Numbered from the stretch's first letter, positions 45,247 to 56,184 are shown. The stretch: DNA of 64,000 nt from a bacterium (GCA_018662325.1 JABJGM010000014.1:8237-72236); one strand, 5' to 3'. The notes: generated from the sequence alone by a model not told the origin. A program made the numbers and translations.

Positions 45247-46701
45247 CTATCCTAAATCTGGAGTTTGTTTGTAGAATTCAGTTTCTTCTTCGTACTTATG
45301 TCCTACTTTAAATAATCTATCTTCACAACCATGTGGAGCGATAATTTGAAGTCCAATTGGAAGCCCATCAGAGTTAAATCCAGCTGGAACAGAAATTCCA
45401 CAAAGACCAGCTAATGCTGATGGAGTAAGTAAAGCATCAACAGTATACATAGTTACGGGATCTTGTGATTTCTCACCTACTTTAAACGGAGAGATCGGAC
45501 ACACTGGGCCAACTAAAACATCAACTTCTTGAAAAACTTTTTTAAAGTCTTCAATAATTAAAGTTCTTACCTTTTGAGCTTTTAAATAATAAGACTCATA
45601 ACTGTCTGCTGAAAGTACCATTGAACCAACTAAAATTCTTCTTTTCATTTCAATCCCAAAACCTTCACTTCTTGAATCTAAATAGATGTCTAAAAGCTCC
45701 TTAGGTTCATTTTTAGACCGTCTACCGAATCGAATAGAATCGTATCTTTCCATATTAGTAGAGACTTCAGAAGGATTAACAATATAATAAACAGCAACTC
45801 CATATTTAGTCATTGGTAAACTTACCTCTTTAATAACTGCACCTTTTGATTCTAAAACCTTAATAGCAGCCTCAACTTTTTCTTTTACTTGTACATCAAC
45901 CGTATCATCCATATATTCTTTTGGAACTCCAATTCTTAGGCCAGAAATATCTTCACCACAGAACTTTGTATAATCTTCGATTTGGTTCGCAAAAGTAGTT
46001 GAGTCTTCTTTTGAAAGTCCAGCTGTAGCATTTAAAACTAGAGCTGAGTCATATACAGTTTTTGTTAAGTGTCCAATAGAATCTAAACTAGAAGCCATTG
46101 ATAAAACTCCACTTCTTGAAACTCTACCATAACTTACCTTTAACCCTACGGCATTACAAAAACTTGCAGGCTGACGAATCGATCCACCAGTATCTGTACC
46201 CATTGCAAAAACACCAAAATCTAGTGGAATTAAAGCTGCTGAACCTCCAGATGAACCACCTGAAACACAAGTAGTATCATAAGGATTTAAAGTTGGACCA
46301 TAAATTGAGGTTTCACTAGAAGCGCCACATGTAAATTCATCTGTGTTAACCATACCAAGACTAACAGCACCTGATTTTTTTAACTTTGAAACAACTTCTG
46401 CATCAAAGCTTGGCTTGAATCCTTCAAGTAATTTTGAAGAAGCAGTCACAAAATTGTCTTTATGAATAAAATTATCCTTTAATCCATAAGGAATACCATT
46501 TAAGATTTGACCTTCTTGAAACTGCATATCTTTGAAATTCTGCATCGAAGTTTCACGATCAAAATTAACAAAAACATTAAATTGTTGATTGTGTTTTTCG
46601 ATACGATCTAAATAAGCACTAAAAACTTCTTCTTTTGATATTTTTTTAGATGCGTAACTTTCTAATAAACTTTTAATTGTAAAATTTTCTAACATTGTCA
46701 T
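45247..46701 (-). CDS. gatA: Glu/Asp-tRNA amidotransferase subunit A
   Basis: 484 aa. Amidase signature GGSSGGSAA and GTDTGGSIRQPA. Confidence 0.9.
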   Translation of the reverse strand: MTMLENFTIKSLLESYASKKISKEEVFSAYLDRIEKHNQQFNVFVNFDRETSMQNFKDMQFQEGQILNGIPYGLKDNFIHKDNFVTASSKLLEGFKPSFDAEVVSKLKKSGAVSLGMVNTDEFTCGASSETSIYGPTLNPYDTTCVSGGSSGGSAALIPLDFGVFAMGTDTGGSIRQPASFCNAVGLKVSYGRVSRSGVLSMASSLDSIGHLTKTVYDSALVLNATAGLSKEDSTTFANQIEDYTKFCGEDISGLRIGVPKEYMDDTVDVQVKEKVEAAIKVLESKGAVIKEVSLPMTKYGVAVYYIVNPSEVSTNMERYDSIRFGRRSKNEPKELLDIYLDSRSEGFGIEMKRRILVGSMVLSADSYESYYLKAQKVRTLIIEDFKKVFQEVDVLVGPVCPISPFKVGEKSQDPVTMYTVDALLTPSALAGLCGISVPAGFNSDGLPIGLQIIAPHGCEDRLFKVGHKYEEETEFYKQTPDLG

Positions 46702-46704
46702 AAC

Positions 46705-46992
46705 TTATAAAATAGAATTTGTTTGAATTTGATTTTCAACTTTTGGAAATTTCGAACAATTTAAAAGTTGATCTGGAGTAACTTTTGAAACTATAACTTC
46801 GTCTTCAAAAAGTACATCTTCAATTCCAGAAACCTGGTAGGTAGGCTCAACGCCTTGGGTATCAACACTGTTTAAAATATCTAAATACTCAAATATCCCA
46901 GCAAGGTCTTTTTGCATTTTTAAAACTTCATCTTCAGTAAGTTTTAACTTACTTAAAACTGCTAATTTTAAAACAAGGTCTTTGTCTAACAT
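46705..46992 (-). CDS. gatC: Glu/Asp-tRNA amidotransferase subunit C
   Basis: 95 aa, directly upstream of gatA. Typical LAKL.L.E.E......L..I..Y...L pattern. Confidence 0.8.
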   Translation of the reverse strand: MLDKDLVLKLAVLSKLKLTEDEVLKMQKDLAGIFEYLDILNSVDTQGVEPTYQVSGIEDVLFEDEVIVSKVTPDQLLNCSKFPKVENQIQTNSIL

Positions 46993-47052
46993 AAATTCTG
47001 CTTATATTTAAATTTAATTTACTAAATTATTAATAAAATGTAAACTTAGAAT

Positions 47053-47328
47053 ATGAAAAACACAAAACTATTTTTAAGAAATCTGCACGAAATAACATTC
47101 TATATATTTTACTTTTGTAGCGTTTTATTCTTCGTTAATCTTATTTATCTTAACAATAGTTACTTAAACGAAATACTCAATTATCCTCTCTTTATTGTAT
47201 TTGCAATAATGATGCAATCAGAATTCCTAATGAAAAATACAGAAATTGAGAAAAATATATTAAATAAACTAGCTATATTAAACGTTTTTGTGATAGTATT
47301 GCTACTTATAATTGACATAACATATTAA
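47053..47328 (+). CDS. small hypothetical membrane protein
   Basis: 91 aa with three hydrophobic helices. Confidence 0.45.
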   Translation: MKNTKLFLRNLHEITFYIFYFCSVLFFVNLIYLNNSYLNEILNYPLFIVFAIMMQSEFLMKNTEIEKNILNKLAILNVFVIVLLLIIDITY

Positions 47329-47329
47329 A

Positions 47330-47740
47330 TTGAAAGTACTAACATTTGGAAATTTTGATTTCATACATCCAGGACACATTCATTATTTAAACTTTGCAAA
47401 AAAGCAAGGATCAAAACTATTTACGGTAGTTGCGTCAGATGAAATTTCAGAAAAAATCAAACAAAGAAAAAATGTTTTTAATCAAAATCAAAGAATACAA
47501 CAAATTAAAAGATTAAAAATATCAGATGAGGTTTTAAAAGGATCCAATAAAAATCCATTTCAAATTTTAATTCAAATTAAACCTGATATAATTGTATTAG
47601 GATATGATCAAAAAGCTCCAATTAAGAACATAAAAGATTTACTTCCAAATTCCAAAATTATAAGAGCACCAGAGTTTAAAAGCTATGCCTTTAAATCAAG
47701 TCTAATTAAAAAAAATGTATTCAATACTTCAAGCCTTTAA
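47330..47740 (+). CDS. cytidylyltransferase-fold nucleotidyltransferase (RibL/TagD-like)
   Basis: 136 aa, TTG start. FGNFDFIHPGHIHYL (HxGH motif) and KLFTVVASDE. Confidence 0.7.
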   Translation: MKVLTFGNFDFIHPGHIHYLNFAKKQGSKLFTVVASDEISEKIKQRKNVFNQNQRIQQIKRLKISDEVLKGSNKNPFQILIQIKPDIIVLGYDQKAPIKNIKDLLPNSKIIRAPEFKSYAFKSSLIKKNVFNTSSL

Positions 47741-48590
47741 AAACATATTTCAAAATAAATTCATAAGCTTTATAAGTGTTTTATCGATTGCTTTAGTTTT
47801 CACATTTATAAATCTAATAAGTAGTATAAATTACTATTCTTTAGATTTTATTGAAAGTTCATCAAGTAAAATAGAGAATCAAATTTATCTAAAAAATACG
47901 GAACCAGAAAACTTAAATTTAATATCAGAATTTTTATATAAATACGAAAATATTGCGTTCAATGTAATTAACGAAAAAGAAGGTTTAGAAAATCTAAGTC
48001 AAAAATATCCAAACTTAGAAAGTTTCTTAGTGAAAAATAAAATTTCAAATCCACTACCACTAACAATTGTAATTCAATCAAAAGATCTTACGACATTTGC
48101 TTCAATAAAAAATCAAATATCAAAAAACTTTCCAGAAAACTATGATAAAACCTTAAACTCAAAAACAAATGCTAGTTTAAATCCAATAATTAAAAACCTT
48201 TTAATTTTTCAAAATTTAAGTAATAAAATCTTAATATTCAGTACCCTTAGTTTAATAATTATATCAACATTAATATTAATAATTTCAATTCGCAATAACT
48301 TTCATACTCGAAAAAACGAAATCCAAATAATGCAGATGTTAGGAGCTAAATATTCCAAAATTCAAAATCCAATCATAGTAGAAAGCAATATTATAATATT
48401 GACTGGTTTATTCATAGGGTTTTATATAGCTTTTTATTTAACAAGATTGCTTTCCATTCAAATAGATAAAAACATAATTAATAAATTTATTGGAGCCGAA
48501 ATTATAGTTTCTATATTAATTGCAAGCTTATTGAGTATAATAATTTGTAAAAAACAACTTAAAAAAGAAAGATTAATTCATGACTTATAA
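47715..48590 (+). CDS. ftsX: FtsX-like permease
   Basis: 291 aa. TM1, an extracytoplasmic loop of about 130 aa, then three C-terminal TM helices. No ftsE is adjacent. Confidence 0.65.
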   Translation: MYSILQAFKNIFQNKFISFISVLSIALVFTFINLISSINYYSLDFIESSSSKIENQIYLKNTEPENLNLISEFLYKYENIAFNVINEKEGLENLSQKYPNLESFLVKNKISNPLPLTIVIQSKDLTTFASIKNQISKNFPENYDKTLNSKTNASLNPIIKNLLIFQNLSNKILIFSTLSLIIISTLILIISIRNNFHTRKNEIQIMQMLGAKYSKIQNPIIVESNIIILTGLFIGFYIAFYLTRLLSIQIDKNIINKFIGAEIIVSILIASLLSIIICKKQLKKERLIHDL

Positions 48591-49197
48591 ATTCAAAGAA
48601 ATAAAGATATTAATCTTAAAAAAAATACCTCATCTAGAGAAAAACTGCTATTTACAATGCATATCAAGCAAAGGTGAGCATATTAAAATTTTTTTAAAAA
48701 ATGGATTAACAAGCAAAAAGTTTTGTATATTAGAACCTGGTAATACATTTTCAATAGACACTTTTCACAAAAATGAAAAAATATATTTAAATAAATTTGA
48801 ATTAATAAAATACAGACCAGAACTAAAAAACTATCAATCACATAAAACTCTTGCTACGACTTTAAACTTAACAAATAAAATATTTCAAAACAAAGAATTT
48901 TCACCAAAAATCTACAGTTTTGTAAGCGCAACAATCCATAGTGAATTTATAGACAACCAAAACTATTTAATTTACTTTCTTATAAACATATTATTCATAG
49001 AAGGTTTTATAGATTTCAAGAGTAATAAGAATCAAAATTTAAACAAGTTAATATTTTATGCAAGTCAAACAAAACATGAAAACTTCAAAAAAATACAAAT
49101 AGCATTTCAACTAGAAAAAGACATCAAAAACTTTATAAACCAAATCCTAGAAGATAACTTTAATTTACCTTCGATACAGAGGTTACTCCAGCAATAG
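48580..49197 (+). CDS. possible DNA repair protein RecO
   Basis: 205 aa. N-terminal OB-like pattern (KILILKKIPHLEKNCYLQCISSKGEHIKIFLKNG) resembles RecO. The call is weak. Confidence 0.4.
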   Translation: MTYKFKEIKILILKKIPHLEKNCYLQCISSKGEHIKIFLKNGLTSKKFCILEPGNTFSIDTFHKNEKIYLNKFELIKYRPELKNYQSHKTLATTLNLTNKIFQNKEFSPKIYSFVSATIHSEFIDNQNYLIYFLINILFIEGFIDFKSNKNQNLNKLIFYASQTKHENFKKIQIAFQLEKDIKNFINQILEDNFNLPSIQRLLQQ

Positions 49198-51331
49198 AAG
49201 AAATTCTTCGTATCAAACTAATTAAATCGTCGTAATTAGTAATCTCAACAGAATGTAAAAAAAGCTTTTTATTATTATCATCAACACTTTGGTAATTTAA
49301 GTCATGAATTTTCAATCCAACTTTTGAAATTACTTCAGTAAAATCTCTTAAAAAACCTGGTCTATCAAGAAGTAAAATCTCAATATCTACAAACCATTTA
49401 GCAATTTTTTTATCCCACAAGACTTCAACTCTCCTATCTGGATTCATACTCTTTATGTTCTTACAGATTGTGGAATGAACAGTAATACCCTTATCTCTTG
49501 TAACATATCCTATAATAGGTCCTAAATACTTAACATCACAACAATCAGACAAAGTTAAATTAGGCTCAGATAGACCGCAAACAATCATTGAATTAACTAA
49601 GTTTTTCAGTGACTTTTCTTCCTTAATTTTTTTTAATTCTTCTACTTTTTTATCATCAGTTTTAGAGATAATTTCATCAAAGGAATAAATATTTTTTAAA
49701 ACAGATTGAGCTAGAATTTTACCAAGTCCGATCTCCTCTAATAATTTTTCTCTGTCATTTACAGTCAATCTATCGCCTTTGAAATTTTTTAAAACAGATA
49801 AATCAGAATCCAAAATAGGTTTACCAAAAGATAGTAAATATTTGTTTAAGATTTCTCTACCGGTTTTAATGTTTTTATCAAAATCTCGAGTTTTGAACCA
49901 ATGTTTAACTTTTTGTCTAGCACTGGCTGTAACAAGAAATGTAAGCCAATACTGGTTAGGTTCAGAGGTCTTTCTAGTAACAATCTCAACAACATCACCA
50001 TTTTTCAATTCATGATCTAAAGACACAACTAAACTATTAACTTTGGCTAAAACACAATGATGACCTAAATCAGTATGAACATTATAAGCAAAATCAATTG
50101 GAGTTGCTCCAACAGGTAAATCCTTCACATCACCATTTGGAGTTAATACAAATATACGATCATTAAACATATCCATCTGTAAACCTTGCATCAACTCACT
50201 ATTATCAGCTGTTGACTGAAAAGTATTTAGAGCATCAATCCAATTAGTTTGCATATCAAAATTCTTATGCTTACTTGCTTTTGAATCCTTATACAACCAA
50301 TGCGATGCAACACCGCTTTCAGCTTCATCATGCATTTCTTGAGTTCTAATTTGAATCTCTACAGGTCTATTAAAATCCTTTGGACCTAATCCAACTACTG
50401 AAGTATGTAAACTTCGGTACCCATTAGGCTTTGGAACAGCAACATAATCCTTAAATCTTTTACTAATAGGCGTCCACCTTTGATGAATCTTACCAAGAAG
50501 TTCATATAGCTTTAATTCATCCTCATTCGGCAAAACAACTCGAATAGCATAAACATCATACAAACTATCAATTGAAGACAATCCTTTTCTCTTCAATTTC
50601 TTATATATAGAAAATAAAGTTTTCAACCTAGCAGATACTGTAACTTTGAATCCCTGCTTGGTGAGCCACTTATGTAATAAATCTTTTTCTTTATCTATAA
50701 AATTATTATTTTGAGAAGCATATAATTCAAGCTCACTTCTTATAACATCATACATTTTAGGTTGCAAAAACTTAAAACAAAGATCTTCTAAGGCAGACTT
50801 AATTTTATAAATACCTAATCTACTTGCAATAGGTGCATATACATTTAAAGTTTCTCTAGCAATTCTTTCTTGCTTTTCTTTCCGTACATACTGAAGAGTT
50901 TCCATATTGTGCCACCTATCACATAATTTAATTAAAATAACTCGAATATCAGTTGCCATTGAAACAAACATTTTTCTAAGATTTTCAATTTCTGGTTCAT
51001 CGATTCTAGATCTAACTTTCGACAACTTTTCAAGACCTCTAACAAGGTTTGACACTGTTGGTCCAAAAACGTCTTCAATATCTTCTAGCGTTCTATCTGT
51101 ATCCTCTGATACATCATGCAATAAAGCAGCAACAACCATATCTTCATCAGGGTAAAAATCCAAAACTTTTATAGCAACTTCAATTGGATGTGTAATGTAA
51201 GGCTCTCCAGAAAATCTCTTTTGTCCTTCGTGAGCATGCGCAGCAAATTCAAAAGCCAATTGAATCCTTTTTACATCAAAATCATAAGCATGTTTCTTTA
51301 TCTTAGCCTTTAAATTGTCAAAATTAATCAT
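49160..51331 (-). CDS. bifunctional (p)ppGpp synthetase/hydrolase RelA/SpoT homolog
   Basis: 723 aa. HD domain (HPIEVA..LLHDVSEDT), synthetase motifs (GYRSLHT, EIQIRTQEMH), and TGS and ACT-like C-terminal domains. Confidence 0.9.
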   Translation of the reverse strand: MINFDNLKAKIKKHAYDFDVKRIQLAFEFAAHAHEGQKRFSGEPYITHPIEVAIKVLDFYPDEDMVVAALLHDVSEDTDRTLEDIEDVFGPTVSNLVRGLEKLSKVRSRIDEPEIENLRKMFVSMATDIRVILIKLCDRWHNMETLQYVRKEKQERIARETLNVYAPIASRLGIYKIKSALEDLCFKFLQPKMYDVIRSELELYASQNNNFIDKEKDLLHKWLTKQGFKVTVSARLKTLFSIYKKLKRKGLSSIDSLYDVYAIRVVLPNEDELKLYELLGKIHQRWTPISKRFKDYVAVPKPNGYRSLHTSVVGLGPKDFNRPVEIQIRTQEMHDEAESGVASHWLYKDSKASKHKNFDMQTNWIDALNTFQSTADNSELMQGLQMDMFNDRIFVLTPNGDVKDLPVGATPIDFAYNVHTDLGHHCVLAKVNSLVVSLDHELKNGDVVEIVTRKTSEPNQYWLTFLVTASARQKVKHWFKTRDFDKNIKTGREILNKYLLSFGKPILDSDLSVLKNFKGDRLTVNDREKLLEEIGLGKILAQSVLKNIYSFDEIISKTDDKKVEELKKIKEEKSLKNLVNSMIVCGLSEPNLTLSDCCDVKYLGPIIGYVTRDKGITVHSTICKNIKSMNPDRRVEVLWDKKIAKWFVDIEILLLDRPGFLRDFTEVISKVGLKIHDLNYQSVDDNNKKLFLHSVEITNYDDLISLIRRISSIAGVTSVSKVN

Positions 51332-51332
51332 A

Positions 51333-52259
51333 CTATTGGCTTAAATTTAAATTTGAACCTTCTACTTCAGTAAAAGTAACTCCTTTTATCAAAGCATCTT
51401 TATTAGATATAAGACCCTTTAACCTTGATTCAATTATATCATTTCGATTCGCAATTCGATCGAATACAATTTGTCTACTTTTTAGTTCATTAGTTAAAGC
51501 AGTTTTCCTTAAATTAACCTCCTTAAAATCTTGTAGAGTTAAATCTAATTCATAAGGATTTAAGTTATCCACATTATTTAAAAATTTATCCTCTAAGCTT
51601 TTGGCCAAAACAGAAGTTTCTTCAAGTTTATTTTTATAAGTTAAAATTTCCGATTGTAATTTTAAAATATTAGACTTCAATAACTCAAAATTAGTCACAT
51701 ACTCAGTAATATAAGAATCAAAAGCTTGCTGTCTATTAGTTTTAGAATCTAAATAGTTTCTAACATCAACATCATACAATGTTTTGATTTTTTTATAAGA
51801 TAATAAATATGTCTCAAGAACTAAGGTCAAATTATTAGCTTTTGCTATTTTATTAGAAGTTGTAAAAGTTTGAATATTTTTAATCTTTATAGCTGGTAAC
51901 ACACCAATTTGATTTACAGGATCCAAGGATGATGTCTTAGATGTATTTTGAGGAGTCAGATTATCATCTTTAGAAAAAAACCTATCAAACAGAGACTTTT
52001 CAGATTTAGAATCAAGAACTTGACTTTCTGAAGAGGAATCTTTTTCAGCAACATGGCGATCTGATGTGAAATAATTAAATAAGAAAACTGATAGTACAAT
52101 TAATATGACATACTTTAAAAAGCTAGCTTTCGTTAAGTTTAATTCTTCAAGAATTTTTTCAAATTTACTTTCTTTTAAGTCATCAGGTTCATCGATTTCC
52201 TCGAGTAATTGAGCAACTTTCTGAGATGTATCATCAAATGGATTATTATTCTCAGTCAT
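51333..52259 (-). CDS. hypothetical membrane-anchored coiled-coil protein
   Basis: 308 aa. Acidic N-terminus, one TM helix (YVILIVLSVFLFNYF), and a coiled-coil C-terminal half. It abuts relA/spoT. Confidence 0.5.
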   Translation of the reverse strand: MTENNNPFDDTSQKVAQLLEEIDEPDDLKESKFEKILEELNLTKASFLKYVILIVLSVFLFNYFTSDRHVAEKDSSSESQVLDSKSEKSLFDRFFSKDDNLTPQNTSKTSSLDPVNQIGVLPAIKIKNIQTFTTSNKIAKANNLTLVLETYLLSYKKIKTLYDVDVRNYLDSKTNRQQAFDSYITEYVTNFELLKSNILKLQSEILTYKNKLEETSVLAKSLEDKFLNNVDNLNPYELDLTLQDFKEVNLRKTALTNELKSRQIVFDRIANRNDIIESRLKGLISNKDALIKGVTFTEVEGSNLNLSQ

Positions 52260-52373
52260 AATTAAAATTAATTAATTCAATTATATCATAAAAATGCTTA
52301 ATTATTCAAGAAGCTCTCTACATAACTAGTCAATTTCTTTGGGGAAAACAAAATTTTTATTTAAAATTTAAAT

Positions 52374-52637
52374 ATGAAAAAAGTTTACAACATCACTGAA
52401 TCAAAGAAAGTTAAAGTATTAGCTAAAGAGATAATTCAAGATTTACAAAAAAATCTACTGAAATTTCTACAGACTCAAGAAGAAAAATATTTAATAAAAA
52501 TAAATAAACATCATCAAGAGTTAAAGGATTTAAATCTTAAAATTATTAATCCTCTTACAGGCGAAATAAGTATACCAATTATAAAAAACGGTACAAAAAA
52601 AGACCATAAATGGTCTTTGGTTGAAAAAAAGAAATAA
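52374..52637 (+). CDS. small hypothetical basic protein
   Basis: 87-aa ORF. No motif. Confidence 0.4.
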   Translation: MKKVYNITESKKVKVLAKEIIQDLQKNLLKFLQTQEEKYLIKINKHHQELKDLNLKIINPLTGEISIPIIKNGTKKDHKWSLVEKKK

Positions 52638-52639
52638 TA

Positions 52640-53197
52640 CTATTCAGATTTTCTTTTTGGCATAACTACTGTAGCAACCGAATGAAGTTTATCAGATAAA
52701 ATTTCAACTTTATCAGATACTTTTAAGTCAGATACATGAATAATTGAGTCTAAGTCAACAAGATTAGCAAGATCAACATCAATAGTTTCAGGCATATCAG
52801 GTGGTAAACATTTAACTGCAACTTCTTTCATGAAGAACTTTGGCACTGCAGCTAATTTCTTAACAGCTAAAGACTCACCAACAAAATTTAATGGTACTAA
52901 AACCTTAATAAGTTTAGTATCATCAAGAACCATAAAATCAATATGAATAATTCTATTTTTCATATAGTCTAATTGGGACTCTTTTATAATACAAACATGC
53001 TCTTTACCATCTAATTCAACAGCAACTTTAGTATTGTTTGATGATTTATTGATTAAACTTTTCAAATCTTCAATAACAAAAGAAATTGATTGACTAGCAA
53101 ATTTTGGACCATAGATTACACCAGGAACATTACCTGAAGCTCTAACTTCATCTGCATTTTGATTTTGCTCTCTTAGAGTAGCTTTAATTTTTAACAT
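52640..53197 (-). CDS. rplY: 50S ribosomal protein L25 (Ctc form)
   Basis: 185 aa. RASGNVPGVIYG N-terminal motif and two-domain Ctc length. Confidence 0.85.
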   Translation of the reverse strand: MLKIKATLREQNQNADEVRASGNVPGVIYGPKFASQSISFVIEDLKSLINKSSNNTKVAVELDGKEHVCIIKESQLDYMKNRIIHIDFMVLDDTKLIKVLVPLNFVGESLAVKKLAAVPKFFMKEVAVKCLPPDMPETIDVDLANLVDLDSIIHVSDLKVSDKVEILSDKLHSVATVVMPKRKSE

Positions 53198-53238
53198 AAT
53201 CTTTATTTAAAACTAGAAAGACAATACCGAAAATTATC

Positions 53239-53268
53239 TTGAAATGCAAGAAAAAATTGTGATAATAT
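53239..53268 (+). promoter_or_regulatory. ybaB-mltG promoter
   Basis: TTGAAA-N18-TAATAT. GTG at 53297. Confidence 0.45.
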
Positions 53269-53296
53269 AAATTCAGTATTCCTAACAACATAAAAA

Positions 53297-53581
53297 GTGT
53301 TAAAAGACATAAAGAAATTAATGGAACTTCGAAAAGAAGCTAAAAACATTCAAGCAAAATTAAAAAAAATTCACATTGAAGCTTCTGACGATCAAAATGT
53401 AGTTAAAATTACTATGGATGCCGAACAAAAAGTTTTAAAAGTTGAAATATTAGAAGAAGTTGCAAAAGACAAACTAGAAAAAGCCTCAGTTGAAGCTATG
53501 AATAAAGCAATCAAAAAATCTCAAGAAATTGCAGCTGAAAACATGAAAGGTATACTTGGAGATCTAAGTGCTGGAATGTAA
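53297..53581 (+). CDS. nucleoid-associated protein YbaB/EbfC
   Basis: 94 aa, GTG start. The MELRKEAKNIQAKLKKI...VKITMDAEQKVLKVEI pattern is typical of the family. Confidence 0.75.
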   Translation: MLKDIKKLMELRKEAKNIQAKLKKIHIEASDDQNVVKITMDAEQKVLKVEILEEVAKDKLEKASVEAMNKAIKKSQEIAAENMKGILGDLSAGM

Positions 53582-54600
53582 TGAGATACTCTAACCCTAG
53601 AAGATTTCAAAGAAGAAAAAAACAAAATTCACCCCATAAAATCATAAAAATAATTGGGGTGGTTTTTTTGTTTGTTATTATACAAGGATATTATTACAAC
53701 TATCTGGTAAAAAGTAATCAAACTTTGATAAATCTTGAAATACAATCTGGAGAAAACTTAAGCCAAGTATCTTCAAGGTTAAAAGAATTAAATATAATAC
53801 AATCCGAATTTTTGTTTAAAAGATATTTAACAAAAAACGGATATGATAAACAAATTAAAAGTGGCGATTTTGAAATACCTACACAAATAAATATAAAAAA
53901 TTTAGCATCAATTTTAATTAATTCTCCTAAAGAAAGTTCAAAAATAACAATAATAGAAGGTGAAAAAATTTCTCAAATAGAAAATAAAAACAACTTTTCC
54001 AAAATAAACAGATGTTTAACACTGTGTAATATAGATAACTATTTTGAAAAATTTAATATCAAAAAACCTAAAACGCTAGAAGGTTTCATTTTCCCAGATA
54101 CATATTTTATAAGCTCAAGTGATAATTATCAAAATTTAATTAAAAAAGCTTTAGAAAACTTTGAAAATAAAACAGAAAATCTAAACTACAGCGACTTAAA
54201 CCATTTACCCGTAAGTAATTTTTACGAGGTTTTAATTGTTGCGTCTTTAATCGAAAAAGAAGTTATTTTAGAAAAAGATAAAGCTATGGTAAGTGGTATA
54301 ATTTACAAAAGATTAAAAAATGAATGGACATTAGGAATTGATGCAGCTTTACTATACGAAAAAAATGATAACAAAATAACCTATAAGGACTTAAATTCTG
54401 ACTCAAAGTACAACTTAAGAAAGATAAAAGGCTTACCACCTACTCCAATTTGCAATCCATCATTAACAAGTATAAAAGCGGCTCTCAATCCAAAAAGTTC
54501 AAATTACTGGTTCTATTTAACAAAACCAATCACAAATGAAGTTGTTTATTCAGTAAGCAACCAAGAACACAACATTAATAAAAATAAATACCTTAATTAG
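53581..54600 (+). CDS. mltG: endolytic murein transglycosylase MltG (YceG-like)
   Basis: 339 aa. N-terminal TM helix, catalytic-Glu context ASLIEKE, and GLPPTPICNPS. Confidence 0.85.
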   Translation: MRYSNPRRFQRRKKQNSPHKIIKIIGVVFLFVIIQGYYYNYLVKSNQTLINLEIQSGENLSQVSSRLKELNIIQSEFLFKRYLTKNGYDKQIKSGDFEIPTQINIKNLASILINSPKESSKITIIEGEKISQIENKNNFSKINRCLTLCNIDNYFEKFNIKKPKTLEGFIFPDTYFISSSDNYQNLIKKALENFENKTENLNYSDLNHLPVSNFYEVLIVASLIEKEVILEKDKAMVSGIIYKRLKNEWTLGIDAALLYEKNDNKITYKDLNSDSKYNLRKIKGLPPTPICNPSLTSIKAALNPKSSNYWFYLTKPITNEVVYSVSNQEHNINKNKYLN

Positions 54601-56182
54601 AATTATAATTAATTAACACCTCTAAAGATGGACTTTTTTGTCCGTCTTTTTCATATGAAATATTCAACTTATTATTACCAACTTTAAGATTATTAAAACC
54701 TTCACTTAAAATATAATGAAAACGTGTTTGACCTTCTTTGAACATAGTCAAATCAAATCCATTAATAGTTACCTTTGAAGATCCTTTGGGCACAGAACCT
54801 ACTATATAGGCTCTATTGGTATCTAAATTAAAACCACTAACATAGGGTATATCATTAATTGTAGATACAATGGGCAAATTGATATCAGAAACTACTTCAT
54901 TAGTTTGTGTATCTTCAACAGTAGATTCAGAAGGAGTCAGATTTTCATCGTTATCATCAATTAAATTTTCTGTATTTATTACCTGATCAGGATCTCTAAA
55001 AACAAATTCTAAACTAGAAGATGGACTCTCATTACCGTTTGTATCAATTGCTACAACTTCAAAACGATTAATACCTGGGAACAAGTTCCCTCTTTCAGGA
55101 TCACTAAAAGCATAGTAAACAAAATCCTCTGTATTAGAAACATATTCTTTTAATATATACTTCAAAGGTTCTTTTTCTTCAAAACTAACAATCATAACCT
55201 TAGCAGTATCTGGTGGAACTTTACCTAACAACTTAATCCTCTTATCAGTGATAACCTCATTAGACTTAGGATAGGTAAAATAAGGAGTAGTAGATTTATC
55301 GATAGATTGAACATCAGCCTCTTCATCTAAAGATTTATTAACATTATCAATTTGATTTTGAAGATCTTTAAACCCAATATTAGAATCATCTTCAAAAACA
55401 TCATCAAAAGAAATTGAAACATTATTATTATCATAAAAAGTATTCCACTTGTACCAATTAGATAAATAAACTGAAGAATTTGTTTTTGATTTAATTAATG
55501 GAGCTTTATTTACCAAGAAATCAGAATAAGAATTGTTATCTAAGAGCAAAGAGGTATTTGATTCAACTCGAAATTTATCTATTTCATTAGAAGTGTCTAA
55601 ATCTTTAACAACAGCTAAAGCCTGTCCTGCAAACATAGATAGACTCTCAGGAAGATTTGATTTATATGTTAAAACTGAATTCTGGGTCTGGATATCTAAA
55701 TAACTCGATCCTAGTAAAATTTGCTCGGCATTATTATTAGAATTAACCCAAACTCTACCAGATTTAAAGTTTAAATTAAGAGTATCTAAATTATCATTAG
55801 AATCAAAGTTATATGTAAAATTACTTGATTGATCAACTCTAAACTTAGAACCATTCTTAGATTCTAGAACTAAAGCAGAATCAAAAGGAACAGTGATTAT
55901 GGACCCAGATAAAACCGGATCATTTAAACTTAATGAATTTGAAACTTGATTTAAAGAAGTGGTAACTTTTCCTGTTATAGCTTTAACCACTAAAGCATTA
56001 TCTAGAGATTCAACGGAAGAACTACTCAAAGAATCTCCAAATATTGAAAAAAACTGTGTAAATAAAAAAACCAATAAAACACCTAAAAAAGGAAAAAGAT
56101 AAAAAGAAACACCTTTAGATGAATTTTTTTTACGATTTCTTTTAGAATTTCTTCGATTTCTTCTGTAGTACATTTGATCCAT
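54593..56182 (-). CDS. hypothetical membrane-anchored protein with Ig-like C-terminal modules
   Basis: 529 aa. Arg/Lys-rich N-terminus plus a TM helix, a beta-rich extracytoplasmic part, and two similar C-terminal modules (..GKVPPDTAKVMI.. / ..GSVPKGSSKVTI..). Confidence 0.55.
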   Translation of the reverse strand: MDQMYYRRNRRNSKRNRKKNSSKGVSFYLFPFLGVLLVFLFTQFFSIFGDSLSSSSVESLDNALVVKAITGKVTTSLNQVSNSLSLNDPVLSGSIITVPFDSALVLESKNGSKFRVDQSSNFTYNFDSNDNLDTLNLNFKSGRVWVNSNNNAEQILLGSSYLDIQTQNSVLTYKSNLPESLSMFAGQALAVVKDLDTSNEIDKFRVESNTSLLLDNNSYSDFLVNKAPLIKSKTNSSVYLSNWYKWNTFYDNNNVSISFDDVFEDDSNIGFKDLQNQIDNVNKSLDEEADVQSIDKSTTPYFTYPKSNEVITDKRIKLLGKVPPDTAKVMIVSFEEKEPLKYILKEYVSNTEDFVYYAFSDPERGNLFPGINRFEVVAIDTNGNESPSSSLEFVFRDPDQVINTENLIDDNDENLTPSESTVEDTQTNEVVSDINLPIVSTINDIPYVSGFNLDTNRAYIVGSVPKGSSKVTINGFDLTMFKEGQTRFHYILSEGFNNLKVGNNKLNISYEKDGQKSPSLEVLINYNSN

Positions 56183-56184
56183 TT

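Noticed and set aside
1253-54600. Convergent 3'-end overlaps (1253-1266, 8935-8946, 23323-23326, 49160-49197, 54593-54600) and 1-nt TAATG/TAGTG junctions considered as a possible regulatory feature.
   Set aside because: They are consistent with general genome compaction in a reduced genome. There is no conserved structure or motif at the overlaps, so they are not reported as a separate system.
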